Positions 28,827-42,587 of a DNA stretch of 64,000 nucleotides are shown here, piece by piece. The translations under genes and the position numbers were made by a program. Origin of the DNA: Macrostomum lignano (lineage: Eukaryota); contig NIVC01002236.1 of assembly GCA_002269645.1 (NCBI GenBank), forward strand, positions 126,855-190,854, read 5' to 3'. The stretch's first letter is position 1. The number at the start of each line of letters is the position of its first letter. Under the pieces are notes generated by a model, which saw nothing but the letters and a program-made list of their open reading frames with translations, was not told the origin of the DNA and ran no database searches.

Positions 28827-29981
28827 GAACCGCAATGTTTAACTTTTCAACTACTGACAAAATGAGTAGTATGCCACTGATTTGTTTATTTTTACACACA
28901 CATGTCCGAACTTCTGAAATGGTCTTCTACACTGGACCGTTGTGAGGCCTTCCGGTTAGTTTGTTGGTGTTGGTTACGTGCGACTGCTACTGGCTGCTTG
29001 TGGAGTCCAATGGTTTATGGTGGGGAGTCAATGGTGGGGAGATGCGTGGGATAGAGGGTGGGAGATGTTGGATAGAGGGTGGGAGATGTTGGATAGAGGT
29101 TGGGAGATGTGGGATAGAGGGTGGGAGATGTGAGATAGAGGGTGGGAGATGTGGGATAGAGGGTGGGAGATGTGAGATAGAGGGTAGGAGATGTGGGATA
29201 GAGGGTGAGAAATGTGAGATAGAGGGTGGGAGATGTGGGATAGAGGGTGGGAGATGTGGGATAGAGGGTGGGAGATTTGGGATAGAAGGTGGGAGATGTA
29301 GGATGGAGGTTTGGAGATATGAGATAGAGGGTGTAAGAAGTATTATAAAAACAGTGCAATGATATTAGTCAAATAAGAAACGTTTTAATGTACTCGTATT
29401 TGAGAAAAAATGTAAAATATTGCTAACGTTCTAAGCACCAATCTGCGAGATCGGCCCTCTGTACCTTTCCCTCCTGTTAATTCCCTTCTGCAAGCAGCAA
29501 TTGCTGCTAATTCCCCCAGACCCCAACTGCTATTCCATCCGGTACAGAGTTGGCACCATTCAGCGGGGGTCCGGGGGTCACTCGGCCGTCGCGCCGACCC
29601 CCCGCAGCGCTCGCAGCCGCCGCAGCCGCGCCCGCCTCGTGCCGCTGCCGCCCCCGCCGTGCCGCAGTTTTCCCAGGCTGAAAACGTCACTGCAGCTGGG
29701 GGATTTGCGGCTCTCCGCAGCTCAACTGTCTATGGCCGGCCTCCCGCTGCGGCTGGGGACTCTCATTGGCTCTGAGCTGCCAGCCAATAGGAGCGAAGCT
29801 GCCCCCACTCAGCCTGAGGCGGCTGGGTTGGCGACCTGGGAGACACCTTAAAACTGTGGCTCACCAGAAATGTTGGTTCTTCATTGTTGCTGAGCACGGA
29901 GTCCGCCGGTCCGGGCTTCTGATAAAAACTCTCAACTCTTCACCTGCCGTGTGCTTGATTTACCAATTTTTCACTCTGGAA

Positions 29982-30999
29982 ATGAGCTGCACCTCTGCAT
30001 CTAGCGACGTAAGTTTTGTGACTTCAATTTTGGTGTTTAGATAGATAGATCCTATCTCAACCCCATCTCAAATCCCATCTCAATCCCATCTCAATCCCAT
30101 CTCAATCCCATCTCCATCCCACCTCAAATCCCACCTCAATCCCATCTCAATCCCACCTCAATTCCATCTCAACCCCATCTCAAATCCCATCTCAATCCCA
30201 CCTCAATCCCATCTCAACCCCATCTCAATCCCATATCAATCCCATCTCAATCCCATCTCAATCCCATCTCCATCCCACCTCAAATCCCACCTCAATCCCA
30301 TCTCAATCCCACCTCAATTCCATCTCAACCCCATCTCAATCCCATCTCAATCCCACCTCAATCCCATCTCAATCCCATCTCAATCAAATCTCAACCCCAT
30401 CTCAATCCCATCTCAATCCCATCTCAATCCCATCTCAATCCCACCTCAATCCCATCTCAATCCCATCTCAACCCCATCTCAATCCCATCTCAATCCCACC
30501 TCAATCAAATCTCAACCCCATCTCAATCCCATCTCAATCCCATCTCAATCCCATCTCAATCCCACCTCAATCCCATCTCAATCCCATCTCAACCCCATCT
30601 CAATCCCATCTCAATCCCACCTCAATCCCAATTCCAGATGAGCTGCAACGCCAGCAGCTGCAGCAGCGGCAGCATGGATGAGCAGCGGGAGCTCTTCAAG
30701 ACTGAGCTGTGCCGCTACTTTGAGGTACAGTGCAGCGCTGAGTTTGAGTTCCTACTCATGTAATCATACCCACCCAGTAACATGCACATGATCCCTTCAT
30801 TTACCTGCATACCCACCTCTCACCACACTGACAGATGGGCAGGCCGTGTCCCTACTCAAGCAGCTGCAAGTTCGCTCACGGCCAGTGTGAGCTGCAGCAG
30901 CGGCAGAGGCCGAGGAACTACAAAACCAAGCAGTGCCGCTCATTCCACGGGCCGTCAGGGATTTGCAAATACGGCTCTCGATGCCAATTCCTGCACTGA
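29982..30999 (+). CDS. Minimal tandem CCCH zinc-finger protein, copy B (92 aa); exons 29982-30008, 30638-30724, 30835-30999
   Basis: Same exon structure as copy A; FKTELC lead-in; intact frame. Confidence 0.88.
30050..30630. repeat. 11-bp array ATCCCATCTCA in ZF-B intron 1
   Basis: Direct reading. Confidence 0.96.
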
Positions 31000-31419
31000 A
31001 AAATCGCTAAATGCCCTATGCGCTTCGATTGCTACTCACAACAGTAGTGTTTTGATATCAGCTGCGATTGACTGATCTTCAATGATTCTGTAAATATGCT
31101 TTCATACCCGCTTCGGCGATTTTCTTACCGTAGTATTTTGTTGAGGTTTTATTTATTAATATACATTGCTGTCAAGTCAACGCCTTTCTGCTCCTAATAT
31201 CCAGCTGTTTAATAATATTTCCATTTGCTTTGTTGTATTATGGTAATATTTAACTGTATCTGCACTTACGCTGTCCTCTGTCATGTCACATTATTAATAA
31301 AAGATTTTATTTCTGATCCAATATGAAGTGCTTGAATGAATTTCAATCGTTTCCTTACCGCGCAAATCAGCTCGTAATGACCAAGATTTAATTTGATCGC
31401 CTAAAGAGAACTGTGCATT

Positions 31420-33730
31420 TTACTGCACCTCCCTGCATCTCCCTGCACCTCCCTACATCTCCCTGCCCCTCCCTGCACCTCCCTACATCCTATTCGTCCC
31501 CCTGCACCTCCCTGCATCTCCCTGCACCTCCCAACATCTCCCTGCCCCTCCCTGCACCTCCCTGCACCTGCCTGCATCTCCCTGAATCTCCCTACATCCT
31601 ATGCATCCCCCCTGCATCTCCCTGCATCTCCCTATATCCTATGCATCCCCCCTGCATCTCCCTGCATCTCCCTATATCCTATGCATCCCCCTGCATCTCC
31701 CTGAATCTCCCTACATCCTATGCATCCCCCTGCATCTCCCTGAATCTCCCTGCACCTCCCTACATCTCCCTGCCCCTCCCTGCACCTCCCTGCACCTGCC
31801 TGCATCTCCCTGAATCTCCCTACATCCTATGCATCCCCCCTGCATCTCCCTGCATCTCCCTATATCCTATGCATCCCCCTGCATCTCCCTGAATCTCCCT
31901 GCACCTCCCTACATCTCCCTGCCCCTCCCTGCACCTCCCTGCACCTGCCTGCATCTCCCTGAATCTCCCTACATACTATGCATCCCCCCTGCATCTCCCT
32001 GCATCTCCCTATATCCTATGCATCCCCCTGCATCTCTCTGCACCTCCCTACATCCTCTGCATCCCCCTGCATCTCCCTGCACCTCCCTGCATCCCCCTGC
32101 ATCTCTCTAACCTCCCTACATCCTATGCATTCCCCTGCATCTCTCTGCGCCTCACTACATCCTCTGCATCTCCCTGCATCTCCCTACATTTCCCTACATC
32201 CTATGCATCCCCCTGCATCTCCCTGCATCTCCCTACATCCTATGCATCCCCCTGCATGTTCCTGCACCTCTCTACATCCTCTGCGTCCCCCTGCACCTCC
32301 CTGCATCTCCCTGCACCTCCCTGCATCCTGAGCATCCCTCTGAATCTCCCTGCATCTACCTACATCCTATGCATACCCCTGCATCTCCCTGCACCTCCCT
32401 ACATTCTATGCATCCCCCTGCATCTTAATGCACCTCTCTACATCCTCTGCGCCCCCTTCATCTCCCTGCATCTCCCTGCACCTCCCTGCACATCCCTACA
32501 TCCTATACATCCCCTGCATCTCCCTGCACATCCCTACATCCTATGCATCCCCCTGCACCTCCCTGCACATCCCTACATCCTATGCATCCCCTGCATCTTC
32601 CTGCCCCTGCATCCCAAGCATCTCCCTGCATCCCACGCATCTCCCTATATCTTAAGCATCTCCCTGCATCCCACGCATCTCCCTATATCCCAAGCATCTT
32701 CCTGCATCCCAAGCATCTCCCTGCATCCCATGCATCTTCCTGCATCCCAAGCATCTCCCTGCATCCCAAGCATCTCCCTGAATCTCATTCCACTTCAACT
32801 CCAAAAGCTACCGAAATGCTGAGGGATAGCATTTCGAAGACATTTTTCTAACTTTCTCAACATTACTGAGCTCAAGTAATTTGACTTTCAGATCCCAGGT
32901 TCTGAAACTGTTTGCTTAAAAGCTTTAATAAACAATTTGTATGCCCAGTAATTACCAGTTAATTTCTGTAAGGCAGTCTTGGCAACCACAGAATCGCATT
33001 GTTTAGCTCCAACTACTGATATAAGTAGTATGCGATAACCGGCTTCTGATTTGTTTATTTTTACACACACATGTCCGAACTTGTGAAATATGACAATAGA
33101 ACTAATTATGAGCCAATGTATGACGTGCACATTCTCTCGTGTTCATTGCAGCTTCAATACTGACCGCTGTCAGACCCTCCTGTTTCTTTGTGATTACGGT
33201 TTTATACCAGTGAAGTAGGGCACATGACCTGATGGGGAGGTCTGGGGCAAAGGGTGAGAGACGCGTCACATGCAGGGGGATGCATAGGATATAGGGAGAT
33301 TCAGGGAGATGCAGGGGGGATGCATAGGATGTAGGGAGATGCAGGGGGATGCATAGGATGTAGGGAGATGCAGTGGGATGCATAGGATGTAGGGAGATGC
33401 AGGGGGATGCATAGGATGTAGGGAGATGCAGGGAGATGCAGGGGGATGCATAGGATGTAGGGAGGTGCAGGGAGGTGCAGGGAGGTGCAGGGAGATGTTG
33501 GGAGGTGCAGGGAGATGCAGGGAGGTGCAGGGGGACGAATAGGATGTAGGGAGGTGCAGGGAGGGGCAGGGAGATGTAGGGAGGTGCAGGAAGATGCAGG
33601 GAGGTGCAGGGGGACGAATAGGATGTAGGGAGGTGCGTGCACGGAGATGCAGGGGGACGAATAGGATGTAGAGAGGAGCAGGGAGGGGCAGAGAGATGTA
33701 GGGAGGTGCAGGGAGATGCAGGGAGGTGCA
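31420..33730. repeat. Opposed TGCATCTCCC arrays (31420-32790 and 33268-33730) around a ~480-bp spacer containing an arm fragment
   Basis: Direct reading; centre of the B/C palindrome. Confidence 0.9.
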
Positions 33731-34163
33731 GTAAAGTGCACAGTTGTCTTTAAGCGATCAAATTAAATCTTGGTCATTACGAGCTGCTTTGTGCGGTAAG
33801 GAAACGATTGAAATTCATTCAAGCACTTCATATTGGATCAGAAATAGAATCTTTTATTAATAATGTGACATGACACACAGAACAGCGTAGGTGCAGATAC
33901 AGCTAATACTCGTTTTACCATAATACAACAAAGCAAATAGAAATATTATTAAACAGCTGGATATTAGGAGCAGAAAGGCATTGACTTGACAGCAATGTAT
34001 ATTAATAAATAAAACCTCAACAAAACACTACGGTAAGAAAATCGCCGAAACGGGTAGGAAAGCATATTTACAGAATCATTGAAGATCAGGTTCACTCGCA
34101 GCTGATATCAAAACACTACTGTTGTGAGTAGCAATCGAAGCGCATAGGGCATTTAGCGATTTT

Positions 34164-34766
34164 TCAGTGCAGGAATTGGCATCGAGAGCCGTATTTGCAA
34201 ATCCCTGACGGCCCGTGGAATGAGCGGCACTGCTTGGTTTTGTAGTTCCTCGGTCTCTGCCGCTGCTTCAGCTCACACTGGCCGTGAGCGAATTTGCAGC
34301 TGCTTGAGTAGGGACACGGCCTGCCCATCTGTCAGTGTGGTGAGAGGTGGGTATGCAGGTAAATGAAGGGATCATGTGCATGTTCCTGGGTGGGTATGAT
34401 TACATGAGAAGGTACTCGACTCAGCACTTTACTGTACCTCAAAGTAGCGACACAGCTCAGTCTTGAAGAGCTCCCGCTGCTCATCCAGGCTGCCGCTGCT
34501 GCAGCTGCTGGCGTTGCAGCTCATCTGGAATTGGGATGGAGATGGGATTGAGATGGGATTGAGGTGGGATTGAGATGGGATTGAGATGGGATTGAGATGG
34601 GGTTGAGGTGGGATTGAGATGGGATTGAGATGGGATTGAGATGGGGTTGAGATGGGATTGAGATGGGGTTGAGATGGGATTGAGGTGGGATTGAGATGGG
34701 ATTGAGATGGGATTGAGATGGGATTGAGATGGGATTGAGATTTGATTGAGATGGGATTGAGATGGG

Positions 34767-34809
<43 letters not shown>

Positions 34810-34841
34810 AATCTCTCTATCTATCTATCTATCTATCTATG

Positions 34842-34911
<70 letters not shown>

Positions 34912-34967
34912 AACACCAAAATTGAAGTCACAAAACTTACGTCGCTAGATGCAGAGGTGCAGCTCAT
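34164..34967 (-). CDS. Minimal tandem CCCH zinc-finger protein, copy C (92 aa); exons 34967-34941, 34524-34438, 34328-34164
   Basis: Inverted copy of B; intact splice sites and frame. Confidence 0.88.
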
Positions 34968-35519
34968 TTCCAGAGTGAAAAATTGGTAAATCAAGCACAC
35001 GGCAGGTGAAGAGTTGAGAGTCTTTATCAGAAGCCCGGACCGGCGGACTCCGTGCTCAGCAACAATGAAGAACCAACATTTCTGGTGAGCCACAGTTTTA
35101 AGGTGTCTCCCAGGTCGCCAACCCAGCCGCCTCAGGCTGAGTGGGGGCAGCTTCGCTCCTATTGGCTGGCAGCTCAGAGCCAATGAGAGTCCCCAGCCGC
35201 AGCGGGAGGCCGGCCATAGACAGTTGAGCTGCGGAGAGCCGCAAATCCCCCAGCTGCAGTGACGCTCGGGTTTTCAGCCTGGGAAAACTGCGGCACAGCG
35301 GGGGGCGGCAGCGGCACGAGGCGGGCGCGGCTGCGGCGGCTGCGAGCGCTGCGGGGGGTCGGCGCGACGGCCGGGTGACCCCCGGACCCCCGCTGAATGG
35401 TGCCAACTCTGTACCGGATGGAATAGCAGTTGGGGTCTGAGGGAATTAGCAGCAATTGCTGCTTGCAGAAGGGAATTAACAGGAGGGAAAGGTACAGATC
35501 AGGGTCGATCTCTGTGTTT

Positions 35520-35667
35520 CCATCCTTCACTGTTTCTCTATCTCCCTCTCACTGTTTCTGTCTCCCTCTTACTGTCTCTCTATCACCCTCCATCCCTGTT
35601 ACTCTGTGTCTTTGTCCCTCATCTCTCTATCTCCCCCTCACTCTCTCCCTCTCACTCACTCTCTCTC

Positions 35668-35719
<52 letters not shown>

Positions 35720-35735
35720 TCACTCACTCTCTCTC

Positions 35736-35773
<38 letters not shown>

Positions 35774-35830
35774 ACTTACTCTTTCACTGTCTCTATCTCC
35801 CTCTCTTCCGTCCTCTCAATTCCGCCTTCT
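35520..35830. repeat. (CT)n-rich microsatellite
   Basis: Direct reading. Confidence 0.9.
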
Positions 35831-37269
35831 CCGCCCTCCCCGCCCTCTCTTCGGCCTGGGGAGAAGCCTTGGGTGACTTGCATTTACTCTCATGTCAGCT
35901 ACAGAGTTTTAACTCGAGTTTAGTCACTAACCGCTAATTAGCGCTGCATGTAGGATGTCTACAGCTTGGAAACAAGGATTAAAATGTGTTGTTTAATTTC
36001 TAAACCGGCCGAATTCCGTACCACAACGGAATTTTTGTTTATTTATCTTAACATCCTTTCAAAGACAGCCACCATTTAATTGTTGGAGATTCTAATTGAA
36101 ATTGTGATTTATGATGCGATAATTGGGTGACAATATTTTCTGAAAAGTCTATGCTCGTTCTAATGTTGTATTGGGGGGGGGGGCAAATTCAAAGCATGGA
36201 TACTGCGTTTGTGGTGTTTTACGTCACTTTGAAGAATAGACCCAGTGCGGCCTACTAAGCCGCAAATAGCAGCAATATGCTTTCAACAAAACACTCTTTG
36301 AGATTGATGAGATTAATCGAGATCCGGAGAGGTGAGAAGAGAGAGCGGGAGAGAATAGCCGCAGATATGAGTATATGCATCAAAGGAAGTTCAATCAATC
36401 CCAACCAGGATTCACATCAAGTGATCACAGGTTTTTAATTCACCCAAAGCAATATTTTTTAATACTCAAAGCCCCTGGACCCCCTCCAAGAAGATATACA
36501 ACGGAACAAAAACATTTGTCGCATAACACAACAGGGCATAAAGTATCAAGTTACAGCGCGAGTGCTTATTGTAACAGTCGGAATTGTGCAGTCAAATTTC
36601 AATCTGCAGTGCGGCAAGTCATACGAGCCATATATCACTTGACGAATGAAGACACGAACCATAAAATATATATTGACAGTAGCTGCATGCCTAACTTTAA
36701 CTGCACTCGCTGGCTCCTTTGAGCTCCACCAAGGAGAAGCAGAAATTATAACTTGATACAATTACTCTCTCAGTTCCATGTATCTGCTGCTGGTGGTCTG
36801 GTCTGGTTCGCCCAGAGCCTGTGGCCTGACTTCTCTCTTTCATCAGGATCAACCCAGCCATGCGCTACAAGTATCAAATTGCCAAACCATATCTGGTTCA
36901 GTGGCAGGACCGAACAAACACATCCACGCAAAATCGTCTTCAATGCTTGCAGACTCCTGTAGGCACAGACAAATGTAGCTCAGTGGGGAATCCCAGAGTC
37001 ATTGAAGGAAAGAAGTGACTCTCTAGAAGACTAAAATAATCGCATTTCAAATTTTTAGCAACTCTGTTTAGTCTACTTGAGTTAGTATAGAAGAAATTTT
37101 AACGCTAACACAACTTTGGACCATTTAAAACACGTAAAGCACTTGTGACTCAACAGTTGCCACTCCATCATCGCATTGCAGTCGTTTGAGTCGTTAAAAA
37201 GTCACAATTGAGTTGCCCCCGAGTCTCTAGAGTCAGTAGTAAGTTGTTTTCTTCAAAATGCTATATGAT

Positions 37270-38955
37270 GAGGGAGATGTAGGGAGATACTGAGGGCAGA
37301 TGTAAGGGGATACTGAGGGGAGATGTAGGGAGATACTGAGGGGAGTTGTAGGGAGATGCTATGAGATGTGAGGAGATGCTGTGAGGAGATGTAGGGAGAT
37401 ACTGAGGGGAGACGTAGGGGGATACTGATGGGAGATGTAGGGGGATACTGAGGGGGATATGCAGGGAGATACTCAGGAGATGTAGGGAGATGCTATGAGA
37501 TGTGAGGAGATGCTGTGAGGAGATGTAGGGAGATGCTGTGAGATGTAGGGAGATACAGTGAGGAGATGTAGGGAGATACAGTGAGGAGATCTATGGAGAT
37601 GCTATGAGATGTGAGGAGATGCTGTGAGGAGATGTAGGGAGATACAGAGATGTAGGGAGATGCTGTGAGATGTAGGGAGATGTAGGGAGATACAGTGAGG
37701 AGATGTAGGGAGATACAGTGAGGAGATGTAGGGAGATGCTGTGAGATGTAGGGAGATGTAGGGAGATACAGTGAGGAGATGTAGGGAGATACAGTGAGGA
37801 GATGTAGGGAGATACAGTGAGGAGATGTAGGGAGATGCTGTGAGATGTAGGGAGATACCCAGGCCAAATACGAAGAGTTCAGTCAGGTATTGAAGCCAGC
37901 CAGAGGTTGTCTATAACTAGGCTTAACTAGACTGAGTGTTGGCCAACAAGAACCTCAGTTGCTGCCATGGTGGGCCTGTTTCGCACAGGGCACACACGAA
38001 CAGGAATCTTACAATACAAACCAAAATGCAAACAATATGAATCAGCAGATGTTTTTCCGGTTGAAAAATTGATACACCCACGACTGTAACTGATATCAGT
38101 ATCAATTGATAAAGACAATTAAGGCAACTGCAGTTTTGTTGCATTTTGTAAGAAAGCAGAGTTACCAGGCTAAAAGAATAACTTGTATATTCGAATATAT
38201 TTAATAACAAATATAAAACATGCAAATTAACAATTATTTAGATGCAAAAAAGAGATCAGTTATTTTGAATGCTGCCAAAAAGGTGCAGAAAGTGTGTAAC
38301 ATTGTTCACGTTTACACAGACAGTTTCACTTAATATGAGGAGTCATAAATTTCAGGATGCATCAAAAAGCGCGACACGGGCACGCAATCTAAAATATAAC
38401 ATTGTGACAAGCCTCTAAAAGCCATTTTATTTCTTTAAGATTATACCTCCACACCCTGTATCTCCTCACATTACCTCCCTACATCTTACAGTTATCTACC
38501 TACATCTCTCACAGTATTTCCCAACATCTCTTCTCAGTATCTCCCAACATCTCCTCACAGTATCTCCCAACATCTCCTCACAGTATCTCTTCACATTACC
38601 TCCCTATATCTCACTCAGTATCTCCCTACATCTCTTCTCAGTATCTCCCAACATGTCCTCACAGGATCTCCCTACATCTCTTCACAGTATCTCCCTACAT
38701 CTCCCTTCAGTATCTCCCTACATCTCCCCCAGTATCTCCCTAAATCTCCCCTCAGTATCTCCCTACATCTCTTCTCAGTATCTCCCAACATGTCCTCACA
38801 GGATCTCCCTACATCTCTTCACAGTATCTCCCTACATCTCCCTTTAGTATCTCCCTACATCTCCGCTCAGTATCTCCCTACCTTTCATCACAGGATCTCC
38901 CTACATATCCGCTCAGTATCTCCTTACATCTCCCCTCAGTATCTCCCTACATCTC
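37270..38955. repeat. Inverted pair of GGGAGATGTAGGGAGATAC-type arrays (37270-37858; 38455-38955)
   Basis: Left array is G-rich; the right array is its reverse-complement type. Confidence 0.85.
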
Positions 38956-38977
38956 GCTACATAAAAGCACACGAATT

Positions 38978-40835
38978 TCAACTGGCCAACTCAAACAGCT
39001 GAGGTGCAACACTAACAAGAGCGGCTTCACCAACACGATTCAACAAAGCCGTCACCATGGCAACCGCATCGTTGCTAAGCAAATCAATACCAATCAAAGC
39101 CGATCGACTCACTAAAATTGGGGCAGTAAACAAATGAAACAATTTAATGCTACTCTTCAAATTAGTTAATCCGTTAATCCAATAATTGGGATTATCATCA
39201 AATCCGACATGGCCCCTCTGCAAGCTACTGAGCAGTCTGTGCCAGTTTGGCCTACCAACAGCCAGCACAGTGAGCACAGCTTGAGCAGCAAGGAAAGCGG
39301 CCAGCCCAGCATTCGACATGGGCATATGCGGCCGATAAAATTTCCGATAATAAACCAGATAAGGTAGCACAGCTAGGCAGACAGCTAAACCAATCAGTTC
39401 AAGGATGCTGGAGGGATCTGGTGGGAAATATCTGATGCCAGGAGTGAAGCTGTCAGCTGTCTGAAGAATTGCTACAGCTGGAGACCTGTTTGATTTCTGT
39501 GCAGTCTGGTAGTCTATTAGAGTTCGAAGTTTTTTAACCGAATCCAGTTTGGCCAGGTAGTTGCCGGGCAAAACTGCCAACCAGCTGGCGTGGGGGTCAG
39601 CTGAGGTCATGGCTGACAGGCACCACAACTGCGACTGGACTCTGGCGCTGGTGCTGCTGCGGTTGCTGCAATAGAAGTGACAGCAATATTGGTGATGTGA
39701 TGTGACTGAATGTGATGAGATGAAGGGATGATTTACTCTCTCTAATCTCACCTAGTCTCTAGTCTCACCCAGAATGTATCTCACTGTTTCTTTAATCTCA
39801 CCCAGTCTCTAATCTCACTCAGAATGTATCTCATTTTTTCTCTAATCTCACCCTGTTTCTAAACTCACCAGTCTCTAATCTCACTCAGAATGTATCTCAT
39901 TTTTTCTTTAATCTCACCCAGTCTCTAATCTCACTCAGAATGTATCTCATTTTTTCTCTAATCTCACCCTGTTTCTAAACTCACCAGTCTCTAATCTCAC
40001 TCAGAATGTATCTCATTTTTTCTTTAATCTCACCCAGTCTCTAATCTCACTCAGAATGTATCTCATTTTTTCTCTAATCTCACCCTGTTTCTAAACTCAC
40101 CAGTCTCTAATCTCACTCAGTTTCTAATCACATATAGTCTCTAATCTCACAAAACCTGTCTCTAATCTTACAGTCTCTAATCTAATCTCATCCTGTCTCT
40201 GATCTCACCTAGTCTCTAATCTCATCCTGTCTCTAATCTAACCCACTCTCTAATTTTACCTAGTCTCTAATCTCACCCAGTCTCATACCGATATTAAGAA
40301 TTAAGAGCGAACCTTTTCGAATCACCCTGCAGCCGTTTCCTTGGCCCAGCACAGGCAGCGCGGTGCCCCAGGCGGCAAGGTCGGAGCCCACCACTCCGTC
40401 ATCGCTGCAGATGAACACCCGCAGGCTGCCAAATCCGCTACTCTGCTTGGCCTCGAAATTGGCTGACAAGAGCAGAGCGTGAGCAGACCGAGCCAAGCAG
40501 CCAGCATCATCAGCTGATGACGTCAGCAAACCAATGGAGAGATTCTGACCATGATTAGTTTTTCTATTGCTGCTAGACTTGCCAGACAGATAAGACCAGC
40601 TGGAACCCGACAGCCGATTAATAAAATTCCTGGCCTCTAGAGATGCGGCATCGGTATGCCTCTTTGACAATCTTCTATCGCCAATATAATAAGCAGAGCC
40701 GGGCATATGACTGCACAGCAATGGCAGCACAATGCAGAACTGCAGCAGCAGTTGCAGAGTCATAATCCTTGTTGGCAAGCCCATGGTGAAGGTGCGCCAC
40801 AGCATCTTGTAGGAGAACATCGGCATAAACAGCAT
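38978..40835 (-). CDS. PGAP4/TMEM246-like membrane glycosyltransferase homologue, divergent; coding exons ~40835-40289 and ~39690-38978 (junction not resolved)
   Basis: N-terminal TM; LSIGLLT and RVFICSD strands; QSQLWCL; tandem TM insert PDPSSILELIGLAV..VLAVGRPNW resembling PGAP4 PEPMRILEWVGVGM..VELVGRHYF. UTR intron 42182 (GTATGT) to ~40840. Confidence 0.62.
39740..40280. repeat. TCTCTAATCTCAC-based array in the PGAP4-like intron
   Basis: Direct reading. Confidence 0.9.
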
Positions 40836-40887
40836 CGCTCTGCATGCATTACAGATTGACACAAATACTACTGAAATCAGTACTCTT

Positions 40888-42170
40888 GAAAGGGGAATTG
40901 GGAAGACTCTTGAAGGGGGATTAAGAAGAATCTTGAAGGGGATTTGGGAAGACTCTTCAAGGGGAATTGGGAAGACTCCTAAGAGTAATTTGGGAGACTC
41001 TTGAAAGGGGAATTGGGAAGACTCTTCAAGGGGAATTGGGAAGACTCCTGAGAGGAATTTGGGAGACTCTTAAAGGGGAATTGGGAAGACTCTTGAAAGG
41101 GGAATTGGGAAGACTCTTCAAGGGGAATTGGGAAGACTCTTCAAGGGGAATTGGGAAGACTCTTGAAAGGGGAATTGGGAAAACTTTTGAAAGGGGAATT
41201 GGGAAGACTCTTCAAGGGGAATTGGGAAGACTCTTCAAGGGGAATTGGGAAGACTCTTGAAAGGGGAATTGGGAAGACTCTTGAAGGGGAATTGGGAAGA
41301 CTCTTGAAGAGGAATTGGGAAGACTCTTGAAGGGGAATTGGGAAGACTCTTGAAGGGGAATTGGGAAGACTCCTGAGGGGGGATTGGGAAGACTCTTCAA
41401 GGGGAATTGGGAAGACTCTTCAAGGGAATTGGGAAGACTCTTGAAAGGGGAATTGGGAAGACTCTTCAAGGGGAATTGGGAAGACTCTTCAAGGGGAATT
41501 GGGAAGACTCTTGAAGGGGAATCGGGAAAACTTTTGAAAGGGGAATTGGGAAGACTCTTCAAGGGGAATTGGGAAGACTCTTCAAGGGGAATTGGGAAGA
41601 CTCTTGAAGGGGAATTGGGAAGACTCTTGAAGGGGAATTGGGAAGACTCTTGAAGAGGAATTGGGAAGACTCTTGAAGGGGAATTGGGAAGACTCTTGAA
41701 GGGGAATTGGGAAGACTCCTGAGGGGGGATTGGGAAGACTCTTCAAGGGGAATTGGGAAGACTCTTCAAGGGAATTGGGAAGACTCTTGAAAGGGGAATT
41801 GGGAAGACTCTTCAAGGGGAATTGGGAAGACTCTTCAAGGGGAATTGGGAAGACTCTTGAAGGGGAATTGGGAAGACTCTTGAAGGGGAATTGGGAAGAC
41901 TCCTGAGGGGGGATTGGGAAGACTCTTGAAGGGGAATTGGGAAGTTTCTTGAAGGGGGAATTGGGAAAAATCTTGAAGGGGAATTGGGAAGACTCTTGAA
42001 GGGGAATTGGGAAGACTCTTGAAGGGGAATTGGGAAGACTCTTGAAGGGAATGGGAAGACTCTTGAGGGGGAATTGGGAAGACTCTTGAAGGGCAATTGG
42101 GAAGACTCTTGAGGGGGAATTGGGAAGACTCTTGAAGGGGGATTGGGAAGACTCTCGAAGGGTAATTGGG
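40888..42170. repeat. 23-bp array GGGGAATTGGGAAGACTCTTGAA
   Basis: Direct reading; related array at 43475-43985. Confidence 0.96.
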
Positions 42171-42587
42171 AAGAACACATACAGGCGCGGCAATACTGTA
42201 CACAGTCACGCACTCATACAGACGCTCACACAGGGTGCACAGCGCGCGCGGCCCTTTGACCTTCTAATCGTCAGACATGTACAGTACAATACAAGTCAGT
42301 AGTACTTAGCGTTTATGTATTGTAATTTTAAAAAGGAAAAATAAGACAACACAAAAACAATAACTAGACTGAGTAGTAAAATGAAAACACGTGAACTTTT
42401 ATTTAACGACTCCAACAGACACTTTGGTATTTGGTGTGTTCACCTTTTCAGGCGCAAACATGAGATGTTAGTTAATAGCTAAATTTTATGGTATTAGGGT
42501 TCTTAAACAAATGGTTAGCTAATTTTATCTATGCCATTTCAAACTAACAAGCTGAACACTACAAATAGCATTGTAACTTTTCTTAGA

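Noticed and set aside
27273-28899. 520-aa Ser/Leu-rich ORFs
   Set aside because: Satellite translation.
36546-37010. Exon-like GC-richer segment with acceptors on both strands (36847 +, 36956 -)
   Set aside because: Only 50-60-codon frames, with no recognisable homology and no consistent gene model; may belong to a non-coding transcript.
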